Of a DNA stretch of 51,745 nucleotides, positions 18,737-28,915 are shown in pieces. Each line of letters starts with the position of its first letter. Position 1 is the stretch's first letter. Both the position numbers and the translations under genes were made by a program. A model generated the notes under the pieces. That model was given only the letters and a program-made list of their open reading frames with translations. It was not told the DNA's origin and did not search any database. The stretch lies in contig JBEAQC010000001.1 in the NCBI GenBank assembly GCA_041164085.1, forward strand, positions 1 to 51,745, given 5' to 3'. This DNA is from Actinomycetota bacterium. GTDB taxonomy: Bacteria; Actinomycetota; Actinomycetes; S36-B12.

Positions 18737-19816
18737 TCAGGGGGCGGGGGCGAAGAAGGTGGTCACCGCAATGGCGATCGCCTCGCTGAGGGTGTCCCGG
18801 AAACGCGGATCGCTCAACCGCGCGGCATCGCCCGGGTGGGAGAGGTAGCCCATCTCGACCCAGACGGTGGGCATCGTCGTCAGGCGCAGCAGATCCCAGG
18901 TGCGCGGGTGGCTTCGGCAGTCGGTGAGGTCCGTGCGGGTGCACACCTGCTCCTGAATGTGCTCGGCCACGACACGCGCCCCGGCGGAGTGCGGACCGCC
19001 GAGCGGTGCACCGAAATAGAACGTGGAGAAGCCATTGGCACCCGGCAATTCGACGCGCTCGACATGCAGGGATAGCAGCAGATCGGCGTTCGCGGCGTTG
19101 GCGTGGGACGCACGCTCCGCCTCGTTGACGAGCTCAGGCGTTGGCGTCCGGGTGTAGATCACCTGGGTGCCGAGCGCGGCAAGACGCCCCTCGATGCGCG
19201 CACACACGTCCGCCACAATCGCCGCCTCGGCGAGCGCATAGCGCTGGTCCGCGTCAGCACCGCCGGGATCGAGTGCGATCACCTTGCCGGCTACACCCGA
19301 TCGCATGGCGTCCATGGCCTGGCGCTCGCGGATCGCGACCGCATCGCCGTCACCGACGGTGCGCGTCAGGCGCTCGAGCGCCCAATAGGTCGTGAAGCCG
19401 CAGGTGCCATCGGGCTCCATGCCGACATTGCGCTGGAATTCGCGCAGCGCGGAGTCCGTCAGAGGGCCGAAGATCCCGTCGGGGCGCCCGCAGTCGAAGC
19501 CCATGCGCGTGAGGCGCTGCTGGAGGTCGAAGACGTCGTCGCCGCGGATGAGGTGGCCGGGGGTGAAGGCCAGGACCCGATCACCGAGCCCCCAGCGCGC
19601 CTCTTCGAGGTGCCGCATCGTCTGAGGACCGCAGATCCCATCGACGGAGATGCCGCGCTGCTGCTGGAAGGTGCGGACAGCGCGCTCGACATCGTCGTCG
19701 TACTCCGCATCATCCAGGGGCGACTCGGAGTCAGGATCGAGCAGGCGCAGTCGCACCAGGCGCGCGCGGATATCAGCGACTGCGACGCCGGTGTCCCCGC
19801 GGCGGAGGACGGCCAT
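18737..19816 (-). CDS. cwlM: CwlM-like N-acetylmuramoyl-L-alanine amidase with two peptidoglycan-binding domains
   Basis: LRRGDTG..FQQQRGISVDGICG and GDDV..FQRNVGMEPDG repeats; Amidase_3-like LLSLH, LLRLTTMPTVWVEMGY; located after trxA. Confidence 0.85.
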   Translation of the reverse strand: MAVLRRGDTGVAVADIRARLVRLRLLDPDSESPLDDAEYDDDVERAVRTFQQQRGISVDGICGPQTMRHLEEARWGLGDRVLAFTPGHLIRGDDVFDLQQRLTRMGFDCGRPDGIFGPLTDSALREFQRNVGMEPDGTCGFTTYWALERLTRTVGDGDAVAIRERQAMDAMRSGVAGKVIALDPGGADADQRYALAEAAIVADVCARIEGRLAALGTQVIYTRTPTPELVNEAERASHANAANADLLLSLHVERVELPGANGFSTFYFGAPLGGPHSAGARVVAEHIQEQVCTRTDLTDCRSHPRTWDLLRLTTMPTVWVEMGYLSHPGDAARLSDPRFRDTLSEAIAIAVTTFFAPAP

Positions 19817-19823
19817 CTAAGCC

Positions 19824-20147
19824 CTACTGCAGGAAGGGCTGCAGGTCGGCAAGGAGGGCAGCCTTGGGCTTTGCGCCGATGATGGTCTTGACGACATCGC
19901 CGCCGGAGTAGACGTTCATCGTCGGGATCGACGTGATGCCGTAGGACGCGGCCGTCTTGGGGTTCTCGTCGACGTTGAGCTTGGCGATGACGATCTTGCC
20001 GTCGTACTCCCCGGAGATCTCCTCAAGGATCGGGGCGACCATGCGGCATGGCCCGCACCACTCGGCCCAGAAGTCGACGATGACAGGGATGTCGCTCTTG
20101 AGGACGTCGGCATCGAAGGATGCGTCGGTGACGATCTTGGTGGCCAT
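19824..20147 (-). CDS. trxA: Thioredoxin
   Basis: DFWAEWCGPC, SIPT. Confidence 0.98.
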   Translation of the reverse strand: MATKIVTDASFDADVLKSDIPVIVDFWAEWCGPCRMVAPILEEISGEYDGKIVIAKLNVDENPKTAASYGITSIPTMNVYSGGDVVKTIIGAKPKAALLADLQPFLQ

Positions 20148-20189
20148 GGTTCTCCTTCCGGGGCAGTCTCACCCTACGGGTGCGCCCGC

Positions 20190-21122
20190 CTATTCGTGTG
20201 CAGCGAGGTAGCGCTCGGCGTCGAGAGCCGCCGAGCAGCCGGTGCCCGCCGCCGTGATGGCCTGGCGGTAGATGTGGTCCACAAGGTCTCCGGCTGCGAA
20301 GACTCCCGCGACATTGGTGCGCGTGCTGGGCGCCTCGACGAGGACGTAGCCGTTGTCATCGACGGCGACCTTGCCCTTGACGAGTTCGGAGCGCGGATCG
20401 TGGCCGATCGCGATGAACAGGCCCGTGATCGGCAGTTCGCGCGTCTCGCCCGTGACGGTGTCCTTGAGCACGACACCGCTCACCTTGGCGTCACCGAGGA
20501 TGTCGACGACCTCGGAATTCCAGGCGAAGTGGATCTTCGGATCGCTGAAGGCACGCTCCTGCATGATCTTGCTCGCGCGAAGCGAGTCGCGGCGGTGGAT
20601 CAGGGTGACCGACTTGGCAAAGCGCGTGAGGAACGTCGCCTCCTCCAGCGCGGAGTCGCCGCCGCCAACGACCGCGATGTCCTGATCGCGGAAGAAGAAG
20701 CCGTCGCAGGTCGCGCACCATGAGACGCCATGACCGGATAGCCGCTTCTCGTTGGGCAGATCGAGTTCGCGGTAGCCCGAGCCCATGGCCAGGATCACTG
20801 AGCGCGCTTGGTACTCCCGGCCGCTGCCATCGCGCACGGTCTTGATGCCACCGTCGAGTTGGACGTCGACGACGTCATCGGTGATCATCTCGGCGCCGAA
20901 TCGCACGGCCTGGGCCCGCATCTCCTCCATGAGCGCGGGGCCCATGATGCCGTCGCGGAAGCCGGGGAAGTTCTCGACCTCGGTGGTGTTCATGAGTGCG
21001 CCGCCCGCGGTGACCGCTCCTTCGAAGACGAGGGGGTTGAGCTGTGCACGCGCGGTGTAGATCGCCGCGGTGTAGCCGGTCGGGCCGGATCCGATGATGA
21101 TGACGTCGCGGACGTCGGACAC
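20190..21122 (-). CDS. trxB: Thioredoxin reductase
   Basis: [42 protein letters not shown]. Start GTG 21122 with GGAG RBS. Confidence 0.98.
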   Translation of the reverse strand: MSDVRDVIIIGSGPTGYTAAIYTARAQLNPLVFEGAVTAGGALMNTTEVENFPGFRDGIMGPALMEEMRAQAVRFGAEMITDDVVDVQLDGGIKTVRDGSGREYQARSVILAMGSGYRELDLPNEKRLSGHGVSWCATCDGFFFRDQDIAVVGGGDSALEEATFLTRFAKSVTLIHRRDSLRASKIMQERAFSDPKIHFAWNSEVVDILGDAKVSGVVLKDTVTGETRELPITGLFIAIGHDPRSELVKGKVAVDDNGYVLVEAPSTRTNVAGVFAAGDLVDHIYRQAITAAGTGCSAALDAERYLAAHE

Positions 21123-21191
21123 AGTGCACGCTCCAGGGTCGATATCGACGATCATCCTGCCGGGCCGGGCGTCGGCCCGACTAGGCGCAGT

Positions 21192-21218
21192 CAACGAGAG
21201 TACCCCTCGGGGTATTCC
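21192..21218 (-). promoter_or_regulatory. SigH/SigR-type promoter (GGAAT-N18-GTT) containing operator copy 3
   Basis: Minus strand reads GGAATACCCCGAGGGGTACTCTCGTTG; TACCCC-TC-GGGGTA at 21201-21214. trxB is a known SigR/SigH target in actinobacteria. Confidence 0.82.
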
Positions 21219-21224
21219 CCCGCC

Positions 21225-22136
21225 CTAGCGGAGAGGCAGATCCCAGTGGCGGGCAGCGACGACGTCGTCGTCCGTGCACGCCTGGCCGACGGCCACGACG
21301 TGCAGGCTCGCGGGCTGACCCGCGCGATCGAGCTGGCTGGCCGTCACGATGACACTGCCCTCGCGGCCGTCGATCGTGGCCGTGTCGAGCACGAGTGGCA
21401 CCGAGCCGGGAGCCAGACCGAGTCGCTTCATGCAGTCGGCCAACGCCTCAGGGCTCGAGGCCAGGCCGACACCGGGCATGGCGGTGGGTGACGGTGACGC
21501 CGTCATCGCGGTCGCGACCGCTGAGCCATCCGACATACCCGCATCGGCGAGGAGGGTGATGACCTGGGCGGGCAGCCCATCCATGGTGTAGTCCGTCCCG
21601 GTCGACACCATCGCGCGCGGCATGACCGGCTCAGCGATGACGGCAGCGGCTCCCTCGGGATTGCTCGGCGTGGCGACAGGTTCAGGTGCGGGCGAGGCAT
21701 CGGACGGCTGCGGTGCGGCGACCGTGGGCGTGTCGACACCGGACTCGACACCGGGTTCAGCGGAGGCGGCGACCAGGGGCTGCGATGTGGGCGCACCGTC
21801 GGCGACCGGGGCAGGGTCGGCGGAGCGCAGTGAGGGGAGCACGACCGCCCCCACCAGGGCGACACCCGCGGCCCCCGCAAGGATCGGCAGGACACGGCCG
21901 CGACGTCGGCGGGCCCGCGCGGCAGCGAGGTCGACGGGGCCCGACAGAGGCGGCTCAGCCGAGTCGCTGGCCGGAGGCACGGCGCTCGGTGCGAAGGCTG
22001 GCTCGGAGGCCAGGCGGGCCTCAAGGTTCGCCCACACATCAGCGGGCATGGCATCGGGCTCATCGCTGGCGAGCCACGCCGCAAGATCGGGGTCGAGGGG
22101 TGGCAGGTCACCGGAGAAGTCATCTCCCTGACTCAT
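21225..22136 (-). CDS. Anti-sigma factor (RsmA/Rv3912-like), single TM
   Basis: Overlaps the sigM stop; MPADVWANL helix, VDLAAARARRRR+TM, SGTDYT-like motif, two C-terminal Cys. Confidence 0.75.
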   Translation of the reverse strand: MSQGDDFSGDLPPLDPDLAAWLASDEPDAMPADVWANLEARLASEPAFAPSAVPPASDSAEPPLSGPVDLAAARARRRRGRVLPILAGAAGVALVGAVVLPSLRSADPAPVADGAPTSQPLVAASAEPGVESGVDTPTVAAPQPSDASPAPEPVATPSNPEGAAAVIAEPVMPRAMVSTGTDYTMDGLPAQVITLLADAGMSDGSAVATAMTASPSPTAMPGVGLASSPEALADCMKRLGLAPGSVPLVLDTATIDGREGSVIVTASQLDRAGQPASLHVVAVGQACTDDDVVAARHWDLPLR

Positions 22137-22777
22137 GCTCCACCTCCTGTCGATCCCGGTCCGCGCGTCGTGATCTCGTCGTTATCCGGGGGTACGACGG
22201 CACCTGTCCCCTCCTGGTTCCGCAGATGGGCGAGTCTCTCCGCGAGCTTGGCCCGGCCACGGAAGCAGCGGCTCTTGACCGTTCCGACCGGGCACTCCAG
22301 GGCCTTGGCAGCCTCCTCGACCGACCAGCCCTCGAGGTCGACCAGGACGATGGCGGCGCGCTGGTCGGGGGGCAGCGTGTCGAGGGCGGCCCGGACCTCC
22401 GCAACGGTCTCGTTGGTCTCGGCGGCCGCCCGGGGGTCGGCGAGTCGGGACTGGTCGACCAGTGCGGGCCCCTCGCCCTCCTCGGGCAGCGGCACCCAGG
22501 CGCGCACGGAGCGCCGGCGCAGCCTGTCCAGTGAGGCATTGACCACGATGCGGTGCAGCCACGTGGTGACGGCGGAGTCCCCGCGGAAGGTGTCGGCCCG
22601 GCGGTAGGCGGAGATGAGCGCGTCCTGGAGCGCGTCGCTGGCTTCCTCGGGATTGCCGGTCGTGCGCAGGGCCACCGCCCACAGGCGGTCGCGGTGGCGC
22701 CGGACGATCTCGGTGAAGGCATCGGGATCACCCGCGCAGTGTGCGGCGAGCAGTTCGCTGTCGGTCTGCTCGTTCAC
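22133..22777 (-). CDS. sigM: ECF sigma factor SigM
   Basis: RHRDRLWAVALRT, DALQDALISA, FRGDSAVTTWLHRIVVN, GTVKSRCFRGRAKL; conserved position between murJ/kinase and trxB. Confidence 0.92.
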   Translation of the reverse strand: MNEQTDSELLAAHCAGDPDAFTEIVRRHRDRLWAVALRTTGNPEEASDALQDALISAYRRADTFRGDSAVTTWLHRIVVNASLDRLRRRSVRAWVPLPEEGEGPALVDQSRLADPRAAAETNETVAEVRAALDTLPPDQRAAIVLVDLEGWSVEEAAKALECPVGTVKSRCFRGRAKLAERLAHLRNQEGTGAVVPPDNDEITTRGPGSTGGGA

Positions 22778-22799
22778 GTGGCGAGCCTAGTGCGGACGA

Positions 22800-24302
22800 T
22801 CAACGGAAGACGATGACGTCGCGCAGGCCACCTTCGTAGACACCATCCACGAGGGGGAGCTGCGTGAACCAGATGAGCACATAGCGACCGACGACAGGTC
22901 GCGGGGCGCGCAGGTCGATGGCGGTCCCGATCCCCTGCGCGCTCGCGAGTGGTGTCCACTTGCTCGTCTTGCGGTAGGGCTCGGGTGCGACGAGAACCGC
23001 GACCGAGGAGCCCGAGCCGACCAGCTCCAGTCGCACGGCGCTGACCGGCAGCGACTCGCCGAGGTCGAGTACGAGGCCGGTGCCGGGCTTGCCGCCGAGA
23101 TCGGCGGAGTAGTAGGTGTCGGTGGTCCACGCGGTGTCGGAGCGCTCATCGATCGCGTTGGGCACGAGCTCGGGCATCTCCTGCCCGTCGCCGCGCGGGT
23201 CGAAGTCGATCGCGCTCACCGGGGTCAGCTCACCTGGATTACCGCCGAGGTCGGTGGAGGTGGAGACCTCGCCGGTGGCGGTGAGCACGTCGATCGGCGC
23301 CCCCGAGGCGGTCACACCCCATGGCGACTCGGCACTCTGGGCCAGGCGTAGTCCGGCCAGACCCACGCCGGCGACAGCGACGAAGGCCGCGGCCGCGAGT
23401 GCGGCGCGTCCGAGCACACGCAAGGCGCGTCGTCCGCCGCCCGCATCGGTTCTATCCCGCGGGGCCAGGCTCAGCGTCCGCCTGCCGGGGCGCTGCTCCC
23501 ACGCGGTGAGTGCACTCACGATGGCTGCGACGTCGGGGTAGGCGTCGATCCGCTGGTCACCCGTCGCCTCAGGACCGATGGCGCGCATGCAGATTTCGTC
23601 CATGGCCGGGGGTACGTCGGCCACGACCTGGGACGGCGGGAGCAGGCGCTCGCCGATGCGCGGTGCGGGGGACATGCCGTCGACGAGGCCGAGTGGCCAG
23701 CGGCCGGTGAGCATGGCGTAGAGGAGCGAGCCGATTCCGACGAGGTCGTCGTTGCCCGGTCCCTCCTCGGGCCAGAGCGCGGCATCGACGGCAAGCCCGC
23801 GGATTCGCACGACGTTGGTGTCGCCGAGCAGCGTGAAGGGATCGTCGAAGTCCGCGGTCTCGGCAATGAGCAGCGATCCCGGGCGCAGTCGCCGGTGGTG
23901 TACCCCGAGCTCGTGGCTGTGCTGGAGCGCGATGGCCACCTGTCGCATCACCGGCACGACCTCATCGATCTCGATCGGCTCACCCTCACGCTCTTCGTAG
24001 ATGTCCGTGAGGGTGCGGCCCTCGACCCATTCACTGACGATGACGAGGTAGCCCTGTGATGCGGACGGGTCGCCGTCGCCCGAGGTGAGGATGTCGAGCA
24101 CCGCGATGACGCGGCGGTCATCGACGGTGGCCGCCCCGCGTGCCGCAGCCTCGGCAGCCGCCGCCCGGGGGTCGCTCACGGGGACGAGTCGGATCGACAC
24201 CGGCCGGTCCAGTGTCGGATCGAAGCCCTGCCACAACTCGACCGTCCCGGTCTGGGAGACCAGGACGTCGAGGATGTAGCGGCCGATCCGCCTGTCGCTC
24301 AC
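22800..24302 (-). CDS. Membrane pseudokinase with extracellular carbohydrate-binding-like C-terminal domain
   Basis: Kinase-like GRY..D.TLDRPV, VSEW, YAMLTGRWP but HRRLRP and RIRG in place of HRD and DFG; one TM; C-terminal GLVLDLG..RYVLIWFTQLP. GTG 24302 overlaps the murJ stop. Confidence 0.8.
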   Translation of the reverse strand: MSDRRIGRYILDVLVSQTGTVELWQGFDPTLDRPVSIRLVPVSDPRAAAAEAAARGAATVDDRRVIAVLDILTSGDGDPSASQGYLVIVSEWVEGRTLTDIYEEREGEPIEIDEVVPVMRQVAIALQHSHELGVHHRRLRPGSLLIAETADFDDPFTLLGDTNVVRIRGLAVDAALWPEEGPGNDDLVGIGSLLYAMLTGRWPLGLVDGMSPAPRIGERLLPPSQVVADVPPAMDEICMRAIGPEATGDQRIDAYPDVAAIVSALTAWEQRPGRRTLSLAPRDRTDAGGGRRALRVLGRAALAAAAFVAVAGVGLAGLRLAQSAESPWGVTASGAPIDVLTATGEVSTSTDLGGNPGELTPVSAIDFDPRGDGQEMPELVPNAIDERSDTAWTTDTYYSADLGGKPGTGLVLDLGESLPVSAVRLELVGSGSSVAVLVAPEPYRKTSKWTPLASAQGIGTAIDLRAPRPVVGRYVLIWFTQLPLVDGVYEGGLRDVIVFR

Positions 24303-26176
24303 TCCTCGAGGGTACGGGCGTCGCCCGCTGCTTTGCCGGATGAGCGGCGCCACACCTTGCGTTGGATCAGGCTCACCACGTCGCCCACCTCATGAATGCG
24401 CATTGCCCACGCCGCAGCGAGATAGACGCCGAGCCCCACGGCACCGAGTACGACGACATCGATGAGGACCCCGAGAGTGTTGGCGGGGTTGTCTCCGGTG
24501 ACGAAGGCGGTGAGCGCCGCCTCGGTCCCGAACATGACGCAGAAGGCGATGAAGCCGGCGATGAGCATGCGCAGGAGAGACCGGACAGTGGCCCAGGAGT
24601 CCAGGCCGCCGAGGCGTCGGGCGAGCAGGATCCACGCGAGCACGAATGTGGCCCAGAAGCCGCAGACATAGCCGAAGGCCAGCGCTGCGACCTGGGCCCC
24701 GCCGCTCACGGCGTAGAACAGCGGGACGGCGACCCCGAGCGCAACGACGTTCATGAGCAGGCTGGCGAGGAACGGTGTGCGCGTGTCTTCGACGGCGTAG
24801 AAGCCACGGAAGAGCACGTAGAAGAGCGTGAACGGAAGCAAGCCGAGCATGAAGACGCTCGTGATGAGACCGGCGAGCTGCGCCTGGTCCGGCGTTGCTG
24901 CACCGTAGCCGAAGAGCAGGATCGCGATGCCGGGACTGACGATCATGAGCACTGCGCCGATCGGGATGATCAGCGCGGCAACGAGACGCATTGCCCCCGA
25001 CACGTCGGCGCCGACCTGCTTCAACCTCCCAGAATGCGCCACGCGGCTGAGTGCAGGCAGGAGTGCGGTCACGATCGACACGGTGATGACGCTGTGCGGG
25101 AGCATGAAGATGAGGTGCGCCTTCTGGTACGTCGTCAGGCCCGCGGGAGTCGTGCCCGCAGCCGCGGCGTTGACGTTGGCCAGCGTGGCGAGTCGTGTGA
25201 TCACGACGTAGCCGGCCTGATTGACCACGACTAGCAGCAGGGTCCAGATTGCGAGGTGACCGGCCTTGCCGAGACCCGAGCCGCGCCAGTCGAAGCGCGG
25301 CCGCCAGCGGTAGCCCGCCCGCATGAGCACGGGGATGAGGATGAGCGCCTGCAGGGCGACGCCGAGAGTGGTGCCGATGCCGAGGATCGCGATCTGATCC
25401 GGAGTGAGGACCCCGTCGGCTGCGGCCGAGGTGCCGGCGATCGCGATGAAGAGGAGGAAGGTCGCGATCGCGACGACGTTGTTGAGGATCGGCGCGAACA
25501 TCGGGGCGCCGAATCGACCGCGAGCATTGAGCACCTGACTCAGCAGTGCGTAGATGCCGTAGAAGAAGATCTGCGGCAGGCACAGTCGGGCGAAGGCGGT
25601 CGCGAGAGCACGCTGGGAATCGTCGTACGCCGACGTGGCGTAGAGATCGACGAGGATGGGTGCAAGAAGCACCGCGGCGATCGAGAAGACGAGCAGCACG
25701 AGCCCGGCGAGCGTGATGAGCCGATCGGCGTAGGCCTGTCCACCGTCGGCGTCATCCTTCATCCGGCGCACGAGTTGGGGAATGAAGACAGCGTTGAGCG
25801 CTCCGCCGATGATGAGGATGTAGAGGACGTTGGGCATCGTGTTGCCCAAGGAGTAGGCGTCCGAGACGAGGTAGAAGCCGAGGGCCGCCGTGAGCGCGAT
25901 GTCGCGGCCGACGCCGGTGACCCGGGAGATCACCGTGCCGGTGGCCATCACCGCACTCGACCCGATCAGCGATCGTGTGTCGGCACGCGCCGTTTGCTCT
26001 GTGCTCGCCTCGTCGGAGATGCGGACCGGCTCGATCGACGGGGCTACGGCTGCCTCGATCGGGCCCGAGGGCGCGGCGACGAGGGCAGGATCGGCGCTCG
26101 TCCCATCCCCGTCGGGGTAGCCCGATGGAGGCGGCTCTGCCGACTCGCCGGGCGCATCGGTCGGTCGGTCGCTCAT
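24299..26176 (-). CDS. murJ: Lipid II flippase MurJ (MviN)
   Basis: SAVMATGTVISRVTG, NTMPN..GGALNAVFIP, PQIFFYG, RGFYAVEDTRTPF; about 14 TM segments. Confidence 0.96.
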   Translation of the reverse strand: MSDRPTDAPGESAEPPPSGYPDGDGTSADPALVAAPSGPIEAAVAPSIEPVRISDEASTEQTARADTRSLIGSSAVMATGTVISRVTGVGRDIALTAALGFYLVSDAYSLGNTMPNVLYILIIGGALNAVFIPQLVRRMKDDADGGQAYADRLITLAGLVLLVFSIAAVLLAPILVDLYATSAYDDSQRALATAFARLCLPQIFFYGIYALLSQVLNARGRFGAPMFAPILNNVVAIATFLLFIAIAGTSAAADGVLTPDQIAILGIGTTLGVALQALILIPVLMRAGYRWRPRFDWRGSGLGKAGHLAIWTLLLVVVNQAGYVVITRLATLANVNAAAAGTTPAGLTTYQKAHLIFMLPHSVITVSIVTALLPALSRVAHSGRLKQVGADVSGAMRLVAALIIPIGAVLMIVSPGIAILLFGYGAATPDQAQLAGLITSVFMLGLLPFTLFYVLFRGFYAVEDTRTPFLASLLMNVVALGVAVPLFYAVSGGAQVAALAFGYVCGFWATFVLAWILLARRLGGLDSWATVRSLLRMLIAGFIAFCVMFGTEAALTAFVTGDNPANTLGVLIDVVVLGAVGLGVYLAAAWAMRIHEVGDVVSLIQRKVWRRSSGKAAGDARTLEE

Positions 26177-28278
26177 GCCGACTCCGCCGCAGGATCAGGC
26201 CGGCCTCGCCGCCCTCGGGAGCGCCGAACGATGTCGTAGATGACCAAGAGGACGAGCACCACGGCCGCGGCGATGGCCACCCAGAGCGCGGCGCGTGAGT
26301 AGGCCGTGGTGCGAAGTTCCAAGGCGACGGGCTGACCAAAGGGCGTGCCTGCCGGATCGGTGAGCTGCACGGCCACGGTCAGGGCGTCCCCGCCGATGAC
26401 ACGGACAGGCACTTCGAGGCTCGCGCGTCGGCCGGGCTCGATCTGCACCGCTGGGAGTGGCGCGGCATCCAGTCGTGCGGCCGGCTCGCCCGTGAGTACG
26501 AGGCCGACCCGCACGGGCTGGTCGAGGTCGTTGGTCACTGTGACGGGCACGCTGCCCTGGTCGCCACTGAGGACCACGTTGTCGCGGGGTACGACGTACA
26601 CGGTGCCTGCTGTCGTGGCGAGGGAGGCCTCGATGGTGTCGAGGAGGCGGTCGCCTTCGCGTGGACGGGTGCGCCATGCACTCGACTCAGCACGCAAGAG
26701 CGCGGAGTTGAGCGGCATGGTCACCGGGAGTGGATCGGTGAGGACCGTGCGCAGCGACTCGATGTCGCCCTGGATGCGCGTCACGCGGGCGAGGTAGTCA
26801 TCGGCGAGCTCGCGGCCGCGCCGCGCGTCGGGATCGAATGTGCGTCCCGACGTGGACTGCGGAAGGGCGAGGACCGTGCTCACGGGGACGAGTCTGGTCC
26901 ACGGAGTACTTCGCAAGGACGCAAGAATCGCGCGCAGCAGGCGCGGGTTGGCATCCCAGCGCGGACTCGCCGCGGCGGCGATGAGATAGCGCGGCTGGTC
27001 CGCTGGCTCGAGTGCGACGTAGGCCAATTCCGCGAGGAATCTCTGTCGAGCAGCGAGCACCGTCGCCTGATTCCCCTGCGGCAGATCGAGCGCGGTAAGC
27101 AGGCCGGGATCGATGACAAGGGCACGCACCCTGCCACCGGTCGTTTCGATGTCGACGTAGCCGGAGGGCGTGTAGCCCGGATCGATAGTCACGGGTGCGG
27201 CCTTGTCGCGTACCAGGATCGTGCGCACGCCCGCGGACGCGAGCACGTCGAGGGCACCACGATCGACCCTGCCGCCGGCCGCCCACACGAGTGTGCCGTC
27301 GGGGTCACGGTCGAGCTGCCGGGCGGCGATCTCCGGAGCGACGGTCGTCGACCGCACGAGATCCGTCGTGAGTTGCGCGCGCGTGAGTGCGTCAGCGTCG
27401 GGATCGGCGTACGGCATCACCCACATCGCGCGCTCACGCGGGCCCGACCGCCGGGTCACCTCCGGGGTGCCGAGGAGTTCCTGGGCCCGTGCCAGCCACG
27501 ACGCGGCGGCCGCGGCCTGCGTGCCTGCGCGGACCTGCCCCCCCTTGTCCACGAGGTATCCATCGGACATGTCCGAGGCGACCTGGAGCACCTGAGGGTC
27601 GACGACCCACGTGAGCGAAGGAGCCGTCGCTCCCGCGCTGATGAGGTCATCGAGTCGGCCGCCGGGTGCGAGTTCGCGGGGGATGCTCTCTCCGAGCAAC
27701 ACGTCGTCCGGGGCCTGGCCGGGTGTCGTCGCGAGTGGCCATAGCCAGGCGACGCTCACCGGGCTGACCTCGGTGGGGACGTAGGGAATGAGCGTGCGCG
27801 TGGAGTCCAGGATGACGTAGCCGGAGGGTCCGAAGCCGACCACCTCGACGCCGATGACGTAGACGCCGGGTGCTCCGAGCGGCAGGGTCGAGGTGTCTAC
27901 CGAGATCCGATAGTCCGCCTTGGCACCGGGTGCCAGCGACTCCGCGACCGTCGTGGTCGTGGCGAAGACGGGGATGGAGCCGTATCCCCCCTCGGTGTCC
28001 GTGGCCTTGCGAAGCTCGCGGCGCTGCGCCACCGGTCCCGTCGAGAGCGTGAGGCGCACGCTCAAGGCGGTGAGCGTCGACAGCCCGGTGTTAGCCACGG
28101 TGCCGCTCATCGACAACGACGCGCTGGACCCGAGGGCGACCGGCGCCAGACCGGTCATCGTGATGCGCGCCGGGGAAGTCTCTTCGTCACTCGACGCCGT
28201 CGCGGGGATGGTGAGCAGCACGCCGACGACAGCGACGGAGATCGCCCGCGCGATCGAGGAGGTGAGCCCGCGACTCAC
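26173..28278 (-). CDS. DUF6049-family secreted/membrane protein (Rv3909-like)
   Basis: Signal peptide, WLWPL, GGRL, WVVDP, PYADPD, C-terminal TM; conserved position before murJ. Confidence 0.82.
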   Translation of the reverse strand: MSRGLTSSIARAISVAVVGVLLTIPATASSDEETSPARITMTGLAPVALGSSASLSMSGTVANTGLSTLTALSVRLTLSTGPVAQRRELRKATDTEGGYGSIPVFATTTTVAESLAPGAKADYRISVDTSTLPLGAPGVYVIGVEVVGFGPSGYVILDSTRTLIPYVPTEVSPVSVAWLWPLATTPGQAPDDVLLGESIPRELAPGGRLDDLISAGATAPSLTWVVDPQVLQVASDMSDGYLVDKGGQVRAGTQAAAAASWLARAQELLGTPEVTRRSGPRERAMWVMPYADPDADALTRAQLTTDLVRSTTVAPEIAARQLDRDPDGTLVWAAGGRVDRGALDVLASAGVRTILVRDKAAPVTIDPGYTPSGYVDIETTGGRVRALVIDPGLLTALDLPQGNQATVLAARQRFLAELAYVALEPADQPRYLIAAAASPRWDANPRLLRAILASLRSTPWTRLVPVSTVLALPQSTSGRTFDPDARRGRELADDYLARVTRIQGDIESLRTVLTDPLPVTMPLNSALLRAESSAWRTRPREGDRLLDTIEASLATTAGTVYVVPRDNVVLSGDQGSVPVTVTNDLDQPVRVGLVLTGEPAARLDAAPLPAVQIEPGRRASLEVPVRVIGGDALTVAVQLTDPAGTPFGQPVALELRTTAYSRAALWVAIAAAVVLVLLVIYDIVRRSRGRRGRPDPAAESA

Positions 28279-28853
28279 CCGGCGTCCGCGAGCAGATCCG
28301 GCAAGCGGTCGAGCAGACGCCGCTCATCGGCGTAGGCCAGACGCTCCCGGATGTCCGTGAGAGGGAACCACGCGACCTCCACCACCTCGGCATCCTCGTC
28401 GGAGAGTTCGCCCCCCGAGGCCTCCATGAGGTAGTGGTGCACGGTCTTGTGGATGCGTCGGTTCTCCGCGATGAACCAGAAGTCGATGACGCCGAGTGGG
28501 GCGAGGACGCGGCCGCGGATCCCGGTCTCCTCCTCGACCTCGCGGATCGCGGCGTCCTCAGGGGTCTCACCCTCCTCCAGGTGGCCCTTGGGCAGCGACC
28601 ACACGAGCCGGCCACGTCGGTCGTGGCGGGCGATGAGCGCCGCCCTCATCAGGTCGCCCGTGCGATCGACGACCAGGCCACCCGCGGACGTTTCCTCGAC
28701 CTTGGGCATGCGGGGCGAGCGGCGCGCCGGTGCCGCACGCTTGGCCGAGGTGGGGGACGACGAGGTGGCGGACTTCGCCTTGCGCCCCGGGGAGGCGGGT
28801 TTGGCCCCACCGGCTCCCCGCCCGGAGCGCTTCGATGCTCCGGAGTCAGCCAT
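28275..28853 (-). CDS. NUDIX hydrolase (MutT4-like)
   Basis: [15 protein letters not shown], Nudix box [23 protein letters not shown]; basic low-complexity N-terminus. Confidence 0.92.
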   Translation of the reverse strand: MADSGASKRSGRGAGGAKPASPGRKAKSATSSSPTSAKRAAPARRSPRMPKVEETSAGGLVVDRTGDLMRAALIARHDRRGRLVWSLPKGHLEEGETPEDAAIREVEEETGIRGRVLAPLGVIDFWFIAENRRIHKTVHHYLMEASGGELSDEDAEVVEVAWFPLTDIRERLAYADERRLLDRLPDLLADAG

Positions 28854-28915
28854 GCCCCGAGGATAACTGCGGCCGCGGGGGCCTCCCCCGGGGGCGCGCG
28901 GCCTAGGCTCGCCCC

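Noticed and set aside
22772-22780. GTTCACGTG as a possible parS site
   Set aside because: Only a partial match to GTTTCACGTGAAAC, and it overlaps the sigM start. I saw no convincing parS by eye.
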